A stretch of 64,000 nt of DNA from Sporopachydermia quercuum (Eukaryota): assembly GCA_001599295.1 (NCBI GenBank), contig BCGN01000002.1, positions 2,046,001 through 2,110,000 on the forward strand, in the 5' to 3' direction. Below, in pieces: positions 12,423 through 24,500 of the stretch; position 1 is the first letter of the stretch; each line of letters opens with the position of its first letter. The notes beneath the pieces were generated by a model. It did not search any database and was not told the DNA's origin. It worked only from the letters and a program-made list of their open reading frames with translations. Made by a program: the position numbers and the translations under genes.

Positions 12423-15400
12423 GATGTCTATGTATTATTATCAATGATAGTGATACTTATCCTGTGATGTTCTTATGAACATTAATATACAGACGNAAGG
12501 TATGATATATCACGAGGCAAAATCTGTATAAGTTGCACTTGAACACAAAATGAAAATGCCAACTGTTTTCCGCTGACGAATAGGACCAATTAACACTTCA
12601 CTAATCCTCGAATATGATCATTAGTCGTATCACTAGGTTATCCTAAAAAGAGTTGTAATAATGATAACGGTAGTTGAAAACTAAAGAAAGGAAATTTGTA
12701 TTGATGGAAGAAAGGAATAGTAATAGACATTCGTTCCTTGTTTTAACCCCAACATTGCTTCTCTTTCCGTGCTTTGATCTTATTCATAAATTAATAAAAC
12801 TGTTAGACTCGATCTGATTCAATAATAGAGCGTGTTTCCTTCATTGATAACGAAAGTTTGGACAGTTAATGTTATGTATTTTCCGCAACCAGTTCAAACC
12901 AACTCAAGCAAAGTAAACAAGTTCCGAATTGTTTCACGCCTGCTGAGAAACTGAATTCGATCAAAAAGAAGAAAAAAAAGTCTTGTCTTTCTCGACTTTG
13001 ATTTATCAAATGTTCTAAACTATTGACGATCAATAAAACGCTTGACTTTCGATTAGCCTTCTTCAACTCTGTTTCTCGATCCCTTACTTGGTGTTTTGAA
13101 AAGTCTTATACCAATTTGACTATGCAAGTTACTTCACCGAATATAACGTCAACTACAAAAATAATTCGTTCNACCCGACGCTTGAAATCTAGGACTTAGT
13201 CAACCAGGTAGTTGTCTTCCTTATATCACACACAGTACTCAATTCACCTTCTATACATTATTCATTCAAGCATATAATCATGGGAGAGTCCTCCTATGCA
13301 CAACTGGTAGTTAGAGAAAACAACAAGTTTTTTATGTTTTATTTGGATTTCTTGGTCCACTTGTTTTTTTGTATTACCTTTCCAAAGTTGGGTTTTTAAA
13401 CTTACTTTAAGATTATGTGAAAGTACATATTCGTATGTACCTTTACGACGAAGACTAACGTAATTTTCGTTTGCGTTTCCGTTTACAATTGTAGGTAGGG
13501 TTTGTATACTGAAAGATTAGTGGACAAAACATTAAAGTGTTTTCTTAACATATAAGGTTAAGGCTGTATGGAGAATATTAAGAATAGAAAAATTTGGACG
13601 AATGAAAGATGATTGTTGTATATTCTGAAGTGGGCAGAAATATGATATATGAGTAAACTTAACAGGTGGAGAATATTTGCCGAGGGAAGGATTTTTGGAA
13701 AGAGATAGGAGTAAAGCAGGAGTCTGAACTTGAAGGAATATTGAGAAGTGATCGAAATAATATATTTGCAGGGAAGGATAAACAATCTGCTGAAAACGCA
13801 ACTGATAGGAAGCATTGATTGATCTTATTTGCAACAAACTATGGGACTTGAAGGGAACATGTGACTGGTGGAGGATCAGGATGCAAAGTAAGATATATAT
13901 TATATTGGGTACAGGAATTATTATTTTGAATGAATGGAAAGTTGATTATTCTAGTGAAATCAAGAAGTTTTGAGGGAAGGTGTACGTATAATTGAGTTGT
14001 TCTGAAATTGATTGTTTCACTCAAAGTTTCACAATTCTAAAACATTGACCAAAGCAAATAGACGGTCCAAAACTCTGAAGACATTTGGCTCCAAAGACAA
14101 TGAGGATATTGAATACAGTTTGTAAGGAGCATGATATGTATAATTAGATTTAAAGAAAAGTGTTTGGGAGTTCCTATCTGGGTAATATTTCATGATATAC
14201 GCCAAGGAGTACATACAAGGCTGACTGGTTATTATGTCTCGGACAATATAGCAACTAACATTTTGAAGAAAGAGAGTATGAAAGAAATAATCAAACGGTG
14301 CTTAATAGTTAATGCATTGTTGATAACCCTTATTATTTGGAGAATTTACTATTTTCACTGATTCAACGACGAGTAAAAAGAGTACAGACTGTAATGTGTG
14401 CCTGAAACCCAAACCTCGGAGTAGATTGCAGTTGTATGAAAAGTCGTTGGATCTATGTAAGATACTGAATGTTTTACAAGATCTACCTTTTCTCCACTCA
14501 ACCTGCTCGAGTCCTCAAACGATCTCGTAGTTGGTCAATGAGATGTTTGAAATCAAGTCTCAGTGGTCATGAATTCTTTTTAAAGTGCACAATTCTGTGT
14601 CTTCTATTTCTATATTTTAACGAATATGTTTGCTGCACATCAATTGAACAATTTACAATCAAACTATGTGAAGAGGTGAGTCGATGTAGTTCGGTATTCG
14701 GTAACCCCTTGCTTGATTTGCCATTAGTATAGAAAACAAACATTCTTATGTTCCTTGTGCTATTTATACTCCTGCTACTGGCATTTGTGTTCCTGTTGTC
14801 ACCGAAGAGTTAGAAGAAGTCTCTTGGGTCGGTTCTATCGAAAGAACCAATTGATTTAGGGATACAGTACCAAAGCAATGATGATCCTATCAGGGAGGGT
14901 TAAGTTTTTAGTGAAAGAATAAACCCAACCACTCATCTTCATCATTTTGTTATTTTATTTTGTCGTATAGATTTTGAATAAGCACTACGGGTTTCTCAAG
15001 TAATATGCTATTCAATAATAGCTTTACCGATCACAATCGCTACGTCTGATCAAACTAGGGTAATCGTCTGAGAGGAATGTGTCAACTTAAAGCGTTGGTA
15101 TTAAGTTAAGGTTAAGATGCATGTTCAAGGTTTAAAACAAAGCCGCTTAGGATTGGCTCAGGTTGTCTCTCTGAGCGGACAATGTGCTATAATTGGAAGT
15201 ATCTGATAAATCATGTTAAAACCTTAAGATGACGTTTACAGCTTAGAAATTCGATCCTAAGAGTATACCAAGAAAGTTTACATTTATTTCTAAAATAGGT
15301 AAACGATGAGCAATTATTTAGATTAGTGTTCCTATAGACGTTTGAAAGTCTATTTATTTCTCGCAATTGAATCGCGGAAGGGCTACGATTTGATTGATGG

Positions 15401-16493
15401 TTTGTTTGGTTAATGAATAGAATGGCGGAATCGAGTTCGTATTTTCACGTCTGGTGACCTCTGGATGATCTCCCTCAGATAAAATGACACTTTGAGTCAG
15501 ATGTTGTTATCATATTAAGAAATTCAGTTTGTATAAGCTGAGTCGCTAAGAATATATATTGTCATTAAAATTGAGGACCATATGCTGATGGAATTTGTGA
15601 TTGGTTTCATTCTATAGTCTATGCTTCCTTATAAATGAGAAACTTCTAAGCCTCAATTTCAACACCCACTGGTTACATCTAACTTAACTCGTTAACATGT
15701 ATAAGGATTAAAAATGTATTATCAAAGCACCAATTACAAAATATTTAACTCTATAATAAGATAAGAAGATATACTGAAACTGAAATTCAACACTGTAATT
15801 TAAGGCTTCCAGAAGCTTAAATTCAAAGCAATAGAATCTCCGATGGGTAATAGGAAACAGGACTACAAATGATACCTCACAATATCAGGGACAAGTCCTA
15901 GTTTCCATCACCAACAGAGGTAACAAAAATGTTGCACCTCAGTCTGTCAATGAAAATCGAATGAAGCCGGAAGCCATTTAACCTGTTTGGATACTTAGAA
16001 AATATTATTGAAAAAATATCAGTTTATCGCATTTCATGTCAGCAATCATTTTATTCTTTTTGTATTTATATTGAACTCTTTTAATTCAATGAACAGGCTC
16101 ATCTCCACATAGCTATGAGCTATAGAAGAATCTCATTGACAAATGAATGGTCTGACTCGAATTGAATAGATCAATTCTAAGCAATTTCCTGCCATACTGT
16201 TCGGTCTATATTAATCATCAGGCTCTTGGGGCAGACTTCCCTATTCTTTATTGGCTGATATATATACAATTCTCCCTTGTTCGTGAATAATGACAGTTTG
16301 AGCATTCAAACTCCTCACCTAACAAAAAGCTTTAAATTTGTGTATCTTGAAAATTGATACAGATTGAGTACTGTGCCAAATACCAAACCAAGTGCATACG
16401 GTGTACAGGTATACTAAGATAGAACCTTTACTTTGAAGTTTCTTAATTGTCAAACCCCGATCTTTGGTTCTTTTCTCTTAAGTAATGAAATCA

Positions 16494-16528
16494 ATTGAAA
16501 TCCCGATTGATACAATCGGGATTTCAAT
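16494..16528. repeat. Perfect 16-bp inverted repeat with 3-nt loop
   Basis: ATTGAAATCCCGATTG-ata-CAATCGGGATTTCAAT. Confidence 0.9.
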
Positions 16529-19103
16529 AAACATTTAGCATATTTCGTATAGAATCATGATTACCTGATTGAGACAAACTATACTTTAAGTATATGTGAA
16601 GCAAGAAATAGCGTTCGTACTAAGGAAGCTTGATAAATTCCCTCTTTGTCATCACAACACTGGGGATATCTCAATTTACATTTAAGGTTATAACTGAAAG
16701 CATAACTTCGAAATTTCGACGTTAAACTTCTTTTCTTGTTCTTAGGGCAATTAGTTGGCTCAATTTCTCTTTTCATCTCCTTTATTGCATAGCACTGCTC
16801 GATGTTACTAAGAGAGTTAAATCATCAATTTACAAAAAGAGAAAAAGCGCATCTANGTGTAGGATTTGTTTTACGAGTATTTTGATTTAGTAAGGTATAT
16901 AACAGACTACCATAAGATGTCTTACAAATTCTGAACTATTGATGCTACATTGTTCTAATTCAGTCGGCAGTCGGCAGTAGGCAATCGGTAGAATATCGTA
17001 GATCAAAGAAGTTTCGATTGCCAATGAATTAGTCCAAACACTTTGAGAATATTGAACTTCTCGAGCTAATTCAACTCTTACAGTATGACATGATTGCCAT
17101 ACATTAGAACTTCCTTCTTTAAACGTTCCGAATTGAATAGAGGTTATACGATACGATTGTAACCAATGACATCTAGAATTCCGGTATATTATTATAGTTA
17201 TCAATCCGTTCCTCATGAAGAACTATGATAGATTCAAACTCCTCAAAGAAGCAACGGTGAGTAGTCTACCTTTAATTATCTAACGGCATCCACTCGGTGA
17301 ATCAATTACGGGGGAACACATTTCACAATTATAAATAAACACGATTACCATTTGGATAATGTACAGCATCGGGTTATGCTAAACAACGAACAGTCAGGTA
17401 GTTATTATGAGATTTCTATAGATACTCTCTCCCTTGTTGCTCGCTTTTTTNAAAAAATCTAATTACAAAGAAATCTAGGGANCTGAAAAGCGGTAATTCA
17501 AAAGCCGGTGAAATTCTGTGAAACAAGAGTCGATTCAAGTTGAGATCTATGAACTCAGCTTGATTTGTGAGATAGGGAAAGCAAAACTCAATATTCTCAT
17601 ACTTAAATCACTACAAAATATCTATTCTTCCAATTCACTATTACTCCAATTATTATCTTTTCTGTCGAAATATATGCAGTCTCTCAGATTCTTTTCCTGC
17701 CCTGCGGTGATAACCCATTAAACAGTCCCAATTGTCCATGTGCCTTTGACATAAACTTTACCAATATTTCAACTTAATTTAACGGTTTACTTAAAAAAAT
17801 AAAAGTATAGAATTGGAAACAGTCATGGTCAATCGGCAAACAATCGTAAAGTAAAATACATACTTTTGGAAGCTAGTTTTAAAGTTTTGGCCTAACGCAT
17901 GTTGTTTTCAAGTTCAATCAAAATGACGAATAGCGGTATTTCCTAGGTACATTTAAGGTGTACTAAAACCAATAAAGTTGTAATTTCCATATTTACTATG
18001 AATTCTGTGAAGTAGACTCTTGTCACAGCATTAAAATTTTCAAAAAGTATTGTTATTAGAAAGAAATTTCGTTAAAGGAAGTTAAATGCAGGAACTAATG
18101 AAGCTCATTATCACTTAAAACAACATTAATAGCAACAGTTAGGTTAACCAGTAAACTAATAATCCAGTTTCATTGGTTTAGTTAAACTTAAACACTATTT
18201 ATATCACCAGATCTAAACACCTTTAGTACCTAGAAGAAACTACGTTGGAAAACCTCGCAAATTGTTCCTTTCTACTCAAATTTAGACGTCGGATGAAATC
18301 AAGGATCAAGATTAAGAAAAACATGTTTTTTCATTAAGAAGTTTCTTTCGCCTCTTTCATATTATCCATACTATCCGTATTATCCATATTATCATTCACA
18401 CCCAATTCAAAAGGATAACCTCCAATAATTACGTATGACTAAAAGCTTAAATACGAAGTGAAAAAGGAGGTAGTTCATATGGACATATTAAGATCTTTCG
18501 AAACAGATTTGTTGTCCAGGACTTAGTAAAATCATATATAGCAATAATAATTAATTACTCCCTTGGCAGGGGCTTAAAAAAATAGAAAAGTCACTTGTCA
18601 AACACACCTCCAAGAACGAGCACTTATAATCATTCTTTTGTTATATTTCCATAAGAAAACAAAAGTTGGAGTTTGAAGTGTTATCTAGTTGAATTAGATG
18701 TCTCCAGATTGCGATTGGAAGTGACGTTAAACCTTGACTTGAGAACTATCTAAGAAGATATCAGTTAAGTCTNTTTCATCTTTCCTGTTTCGCTCATGCA
18801 TTTGAATATTTGAGTTCTTTTGAAATCTGCAGCAAGTCTACTGTTATTAGGGTGCTGCGCCACTTCCAAATCTCAAAAGAATTTCATTCCAAGCTCTACG
18901 GCTGTTTTATTCCACGTCAGAGGGAGGGCTTAACTCATAGCAAAGTTTCAATTAAAGTTGAGATTTTTTGAGGGAATGTGGCTCTTTTCTTTTCATGTAT
19001 ATGAATGAAGGTGGGATCAGCTAAAACGTATTAAGACCTCACATCTCCCTTTATTTTGACTTTAATACGATGCGACTTGATCTCTCTTAATTTAACATGT
19101 TGG

Positions 19104-19139
19104 CCTCGGTAAAACTTCACTAATCATTTTACTCCGAGG
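19104..19139. promoter_or_regulatory. Two inverted CCGAGG motifs (FarA/Ctf1/Por1-type fatty-acid response element) upstream of CAT2
   Basis: CCTCGG at 19104-19109 and CCGAGG at 19134-19139. CCGAGG is the known core site of fungal FarA-family regulators of peroxisomal/beta-oxidation genes. Confidence 0.5.
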
Positions 19140-20135
19140 TTCCCCCACAGGCTTTTTCTCTATCTAGTGTGTCTACATCTCTGTCAATCTCGGTAAAATG
19201 AGATGGGTCAAATAAAGAAAACAATCTCGGTTGTACCTATTGAAACTTCTACTTCTATTATCTCTTCCGATGTTTTGTCACCCAAAGTTCCTAAGCGAGA
19301 ATTTACATTGGTAGAATGTACCACCAAAGTTCTTAGTTTTTATACAAACAAGTCACAAGACAATGTTTTCCAGGCAGCTTTTAACACCACCACAATAAGC
19401 ATTACCAAGCTCCCCAGAAAGTCAGCAATTTAGCCAAAAAGAGGTTGGATTGTTTATACATTTCAACTGCTCCGACTCCGCTTCTCTCATTCAATCTTGA
19501 AGTTACCATAATTTCCGCAATTCCCCAATTACGGAAATGATCGCTCATTGTCCATCACATCCATCAATCTCCATTTTTCCAAACCTTATTTCTCATGCAT
19601 TTCCCCACCAATTTCACACTCCTATTAATTCCGGGGAAGGCTGCCATAGTGTTTTACGATCCTTTTCCGACTTGTTTTCTTCCGTTCATCCATTCTTTTT
19701 CATTATTTAAACAAAATCAATGAACTTGCTGTCTGTGTTTCATTGATATAAGTGTTTATTCAGTCAAGTCAACTACTATCGATTGATTTAACTAACAGAT
19801 ATTACCTTGACTCTTTATTGGTCAATCTTTGAACTGATCCTAAATAGGTTTGTCTTATTCTCATCATTTGTTTTTGCCCATCTTAAGGTTGAGCGACACC
19901 AGATGCCATTGGAACATTGATTTGGGAAAAGGATAGAAAAACAATAGAATTATAGAAGAATTATTAACGTTGCTCGTTTTATCCACAATATCTGAAAATA
20001 GGAAGCACTTCTATCAACCTACAGTTATTTAGAGTTCTTTCTGAGACATATTACTATCAACAACAGTACAATTAAACAGTTAACCAGACGTTTTATTGTA
20101 CTCAGAATATCTACAGCAAACATACAATAATAAAT

Positions 20136-21986
20136 ATGGCTTATAANGAGGACCTTTCAAAAGGAAAGATGCTAAGATTCCAGGAATCTTTGCCAAAGCT
20201 ACCAGTTCCTTCACTTGAAGAAACCAGTGCTAAATTCCTAAAATCGATTGAACCTTTAGCTGCTCAAGAGCCTTCAAGGTTCAACTTCGAAGAAACTAAA
20301 AGGAAGCTTTTAGAATTCACCTCACCAAACGGTTTAGGCCCAGTCCTTCAAGAACGACTTTTAGCTAAAGCCAATGATCCTAAAACTACTAATTGGATTT
20401 ATGATTGGTGGAATGATTATGCTTATATGTCATACAGAGACCCAGTTGTACCTTATGTATCATATTTCTATGCTCATAAGGATGACAAGAAAAGAATGAA
20501 GAACTTACCTTTGAAAGCTGCAAGTATAGTTAAGGCAGTTCTGCATTTCAGAGCTCTGGTTGATAATAATGAATTAGAACCTGAATACATGAGAAAGAAT
20601 CCTCTATGTATGGATTCTTANCAGTTTATGTTCAATACTTGCAGAATTCCCAAACCTGGTTCTGATGGAACTGTGCAGTATAATTGGAAAGAAAATACTT
20701 ATTTCGTTGTTATTAGAAACAATCGTTTCTTCAAAGTGGATTTTATTATTGATGGGGTTGAAGTTTCTTTCACCGATTTATTCTTACAGTTTAAAGCAAT
20801 TTACAATTTCACTGATGTTGAAAGCAAAAGCTTTGGTGAACCAATTGGTGCTTTAACTTCTGATAATCGGGATAACTGGGCCGACTACCGTGAAAACCTT
20901 ATTAAAGCCGAACCGGAATTCAATACTCAATCACTAAAACAAATTGAGGCCGCCTCTTTCATTGTTTGCCTCGACAGGGAAAAGCCGGTAACTTTAGAAG
21001 AAAGAGCTCATCAATTCTGGCATGGAGACGGGAAAAACCGGTTCTATGATAAACCATTACAGTTTATCATCTGCGATAATGGGGTCTCAGGTTTTCTCGG
21101 TGAACATTCTATGATGGACGGAACTCCTACGCATAGAATCAATGATACTATCAACGGACTTATTTTCAATAATAAGCTTGATTTAAGTTTGAAACCTATC
21201 TCCGAGATCTCTCAGTCCCGAGTCTCAGCTTTGACTAAGATCTCGGAAATTTCATTCCGCGTTAACTCAATTGTTAAGGATAACATTAGTACGGCAACTC
21301 TTAATTTTAACGAGGTTATTGGGGAACACGAACTTGCAGTTACCCAATACAACCGTTATGGTAAAAACCTTATTAAGAAGTTCAAATGCTCTCCCGACGC
21401 TTATATCCAAATGGTAATCCAACTTGCCTATTTCAAACTTTTCGGTGTTTCTCGGCCAACTTACGAGTCAGCAGCTACCCGCCAATTTCAATTAGGCCGA
21501 ACCGAGACTTGCCGATCCGTTTCAAACGAGTCTTTAGCTTTTGTCCGCAAATTCTCCGACCCTAACTCTTCAGCCGCTGAAAAAATTGCCGCCGCTCGCA
21601 AGGCTTTCGCTTCTCATTCTAAATATATCTCCGATGCTTCTAAAGGTAAAGGTGTCGATCGTCATTTCTTTGGATTGAAACAGTCTTATAATCCGGCAAC
21701 TGATGGTCCTTTACCAGAAATCTTCTCGGATCCGTTATTTGTTTATTCTGGCTCTTGGTATATTTCATCATCTCAATTATCAAGTGAATACTACGTTGGT
21801 TATGGATGGTCTCAAGTGATTGATCAAGGATTTGGCTTGGCATATATGGTTAATAATGATTGGATGAATGTGAATGTATGTAGTAAATATCAAGGCAGTG
21901 AGAAGCTTCGTTATTATTTAGTTGAAGCTGCAAATGAGATGGCCGAAGTGTTCAGCACTGAGCTTGAAACTAAGGCTAAGTTGTGA
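20136..21986 (+). CDS. CAT2: Carnitine O-acetyltransferase with C-terminal PTS1 (AKL)
   Basis: LPKLPVPSLEET, NRFYDKP, catalytic GEHSMMDGTP, YESAATRQFQLGRTE, GKGVDRH and ISSSQ motifs; the protein ends in -AKL. Confidence 0.95.
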   Translation: MAYXEDLSKGKMLRFQESLPKLPVPSLEETSAKFLKSIEPLAAQEPSRFNFEETKRKLLEFTSPNGLGPVLQERLLAKANDPKTTNWIYDWWNDYAYMSYRDPVVPYVSYFYAHKDDKKRMKNLPLKAASIVKAVLHFRALVDNNELEPEYMRKNPLCMDSXQFMFNTCRIPKPGSDGTVQYNWKENTYFVVIRNNRFFKVDFIIDGVEVSFTDLFLQFKAIYNFTDVESKSFGEPIGALTSDNRDNWADYRENLIKAEPEFNTQSLKQIEAASFIVCLDREKPVTLEERAHQFWHGDGKNRFYDKPLQFIICDNGVSGFLGEHSMMDGTPTHRINDTINGLIFNNKLDLSLKPISEISQSRVSALTKISEISFRVNSIVKDNISTATLNFNEVIGEHELAVTQYNRYGKNLIKKFKCSPDAYIQMVIQLAYFKLFGVSRPTYESAATRQFQLGRTETCRSVSNESLAFVRKFSDPNSSAAEKIAAARKAFASHSKYISDASKGKGVDRHFFGLKQSYNPATDGPLPEIFSDPLFVYSGSWYISSSQLSSEYYVGYGWSQVIDQGFGLAYMVNNDWMNVNVCSKYQGSEKLRYYLVEAANEMAEVFSTELETKAKL

Positions 21987-22428
21987 TTCTTTTCCGGTTA
22001 TGCGAATAGTTGGTTTTATTCTGTTTTTATCAGTTTCAACAACTTATTATTTACTTGTTAGTTGTTAGTTATAAGCTAGTTGATGTACTTATTTATATGC
22101 TAATAAGCAGTAATAGTAACTAGCTAACTAGTTGATATTAAATGTTTATTAAATCTTAGTTTTTCTATTAAAATTGCAGGATAAATATAACATTTGGTGT
22201 TCATATTAATTGTAAGAGGAGAGTTGATAGTAAGAGAGTAAAAGAATAAAAGAATCTTCGCAATGCTATTCAGTGTATGGCAATTAACCATCATACATAA
22301 AATACTAGGTACAGTATATACAAACGGTTTCCGAGATAGGAAAAAAGGTTTCCTGATTTGGAATACTCATTTTTCCCCCCAATTTTCACAATTCGAAACA
22401 GAGTAACCTAAATACTAAACTTGGAATG

Positions 22429-23730
22429 CTAAAGCCGAGATTTGAAATAGCTCCAGTAAAAATCTGGTATCTCCTTGTTATTATACTTATTCAAACTAGT
22501 GTTACTCTGCCATTTTTTGAAATCGGATTGGATTTTTGGAAGAAACCGGGATACAACTTCGGCTAGCTCTTCCGGCTTCTCCATTGGAACACAATGACCA
22601 CAATCAATACTCTCCACTGCTCCTAATGGTGTTTTCAAACATGCTTCATAATGTGGTTGAAATGGCTTGAGCAAACCTTGCTGCGCCACAATAAACAAAC
22701 TAGGAATTCCAAATTCCCCTTTAGTTAGTTCGGGTAAATTATGGTACATATACGGAATCTCAGNATTTCCGAATAGCCGATTTTCATCGGCACTTGCTTT
22801 AAACTGCTCATCAGTTTCAGTTTTCACCCGAGTAGTTCGGCCCAAATAAGGCAGGAACGTAATAGTTTCCGCTTTTTTGCTTGTGGCTAGTTCAACTTTA
22901 TTATTGCCTTCTCCCCTTTCACTGCACCGCAGCCCATACTTCAAATACAACTGGAAAACATCTTTACGCCAAGAAGCAAAAAAAGGTTTTGAACCCAGTT
23001 CTCTCTCGGCTTCGGCTCGGCTCGACCATTCCGCTTTCCNTTTCATCGCTTGGAGGGCCGAAGTCTTAATTCCGTCCATATATTCCTCCGGAATCATGAT
23101 TGCGTCAACTCCGATATATCCGCTGAGTAATCCTTTATGCTTAAGAGCCATAAGGGCTAAGTTATTACCCCCCATTGAGTGTCCAATTCCGATCACAGGA
23201 CCCACGAAAAAGTCACTCCGCAATTCCCGAAGTTGACACAAAACTGCGGCTATATCCGAACTTCCTTCCGCCCAAGCATAATGATGTCCGAGCTTATCCT
23301 TATTCAAATATCCTGATTGTCCTTGATGAACCACATCTATGGTTAGTATTTCATTTACGGGAATTGTTTTGCCTAATTCGTCAATGAAGGGTTCGTACAA
23401 TTCCTTTGGGAAACCATTTCCGTGGCATATAACAAAAGAGGGAGGATATTGCCCATTTGAGGCTGAAATTTTGACCGTATTTGTTAATAGATGCCGTTGA
23501 TCAATTATAGGTTCATCCTTGTACAATTTGATTGAAGGCTCCTGTTTGTGGATTTTCGGCTTATCCGTTGCGTAATCGGTTCCGTGGTCCCTTTCCCGCG
23601 GTATATAGAGTTTCGTGACTAATTTCAAGGTAGTAGTAGCCGGCAGTAGCATATTAAGGCTATCTGGTTTCTGCCGAGTATGAGCAGCATCAAAAATGAG
23701 TTTGAATGCTCGAAAATTTTTAGTTGACAT
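22429..23730 (-). CDS. Peroxisomal alpha/beta hydrolase (Lpx1/AKT2-like esterase/lipase), PTS1 SRL
   Basis: HGNGFPKELYEP oxyanion region, nucleophile elbow GHSMGG, catalytic His in CGHCVPMEKP, and C-terminal -SRL. Confidence 0.85.
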   Translation of the reverse strand: MSTKNFRAFKLIFDAAHTRQKPDSLNMLLPATTTLKLVTKLYIPRERDHGTDYATDKPKIHKQEPSIKLYKDEPIIDQRHLLTNTVKISASNGQYPPSFVICHGNGFPKELYEPFIDELGKTIPVNEILTIDVVHQGQSGYLNKDKLGHHYAWAEGSSDIAAVLCQLRELRSDFFVGPVIGIGHSMGGNNLALMALKHKGLLSGYIGVDAIMIPEEYMDGIKTSALQAMKXKAEWSSRAEAERELGSKPFFASWRKDVFQLYLKYGLRCSERGEGNNKVELATSKKAETITFLPYLGRTTRVKTETDEQFKASADENRLFGNXEIPYMYHNLPELTKGEFGIPSLFIVAQQGLLKPFQPHYEACLKTPLGAVESIDCGHCVPMEKPEELAEVVSRFLPKIQSDFKKWQSNTSLNKYNNKEIPDFYWSYFKSRL

Positions 23731-24098
23731 TTCAGTGGACTTTCGGAAGAAGGTGGGACAGAATGTAGAGCTACAAAGCTAAGCCAAATATTTTCCGAAT
23801 TGGATAAGGGCCAAGAATCAGCCCAATTTCCAAGGATACTTCAAGTAAAACCACAGTAAGCCTTAGTTGTTATCTATACAACAAGTGATCACATGTGATC
23901 CGAGTCAATCCGTTCCCTGAACATCCGAATCCGTTTACAATAATCAGTTCTGTTTCCCTCTTCAGAAAAGTTCTAAAACCAACTTTAGGGTACTAAGCTA
24001 CGTATTTATATAGTGAGTGACGGAATAATGAAGCCCTTGATAAGAAATCATCAATCGGTGTGAAATGTGGAAATAAAAAAGTGGAAACGATAGGAAAG

Positions 24099-24104
24099 CC
24101 GAGG
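24099..24104. promoter_or_regulatory. CCGAGG FarA-type motif upstream of the peroxisomal hydrolase
   Basis: Exact CCGAGG about 370 bp upstream of ATG 23730. A hexamer alone is weak evidence in this CCG-rich region. Confidence 0.35.
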
Positions 24105-24500
24105 TAAAACATACGGAGATGATAGCAATTAAGCTTCGTTAAAGATCATCTCCGCTGTTGTAAGATATCTTTAGTATACCCCTCTGATTTCGATATGAGA
24201 ACTTATCTCACAAAGAGGTATAATGATAAAAGGGTTCATGCCAAAAGAGAGTAAGAGTAACTATTGGATTCGGAACCAATTGTCATTCTAAAGAAGAATC
24301 TCGCTGCAGCAATCTTGAATTAGTCAAAAATCACGGATATATTTCCTAATTTGATAATAAGCAGTTTTCCACGGAAGTATGAACAAAATTAGGTATTAGA
24401 TTGTGTACAAAATTAAGATCGTATAAGTATTATTATATGTGTCCGTTAAGAACCATCCCGTTTCATTCTGCTCTACTTCGCACCATTCCGTCACCAAACC

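Noticed and set aside
13532..14732. Cluster of 60-100 aa ORFs
   Set aside because: Overlapping frames and biased composition explained by purine skew; no motifs recognised.
19203..19433. 76-aa ORF upstream of CAT2 as an independent gene
   Set aside because: No recognisable family and it lies in promoter DNA. Only its 3' part is of interest, as a possible CAT2 first exon.
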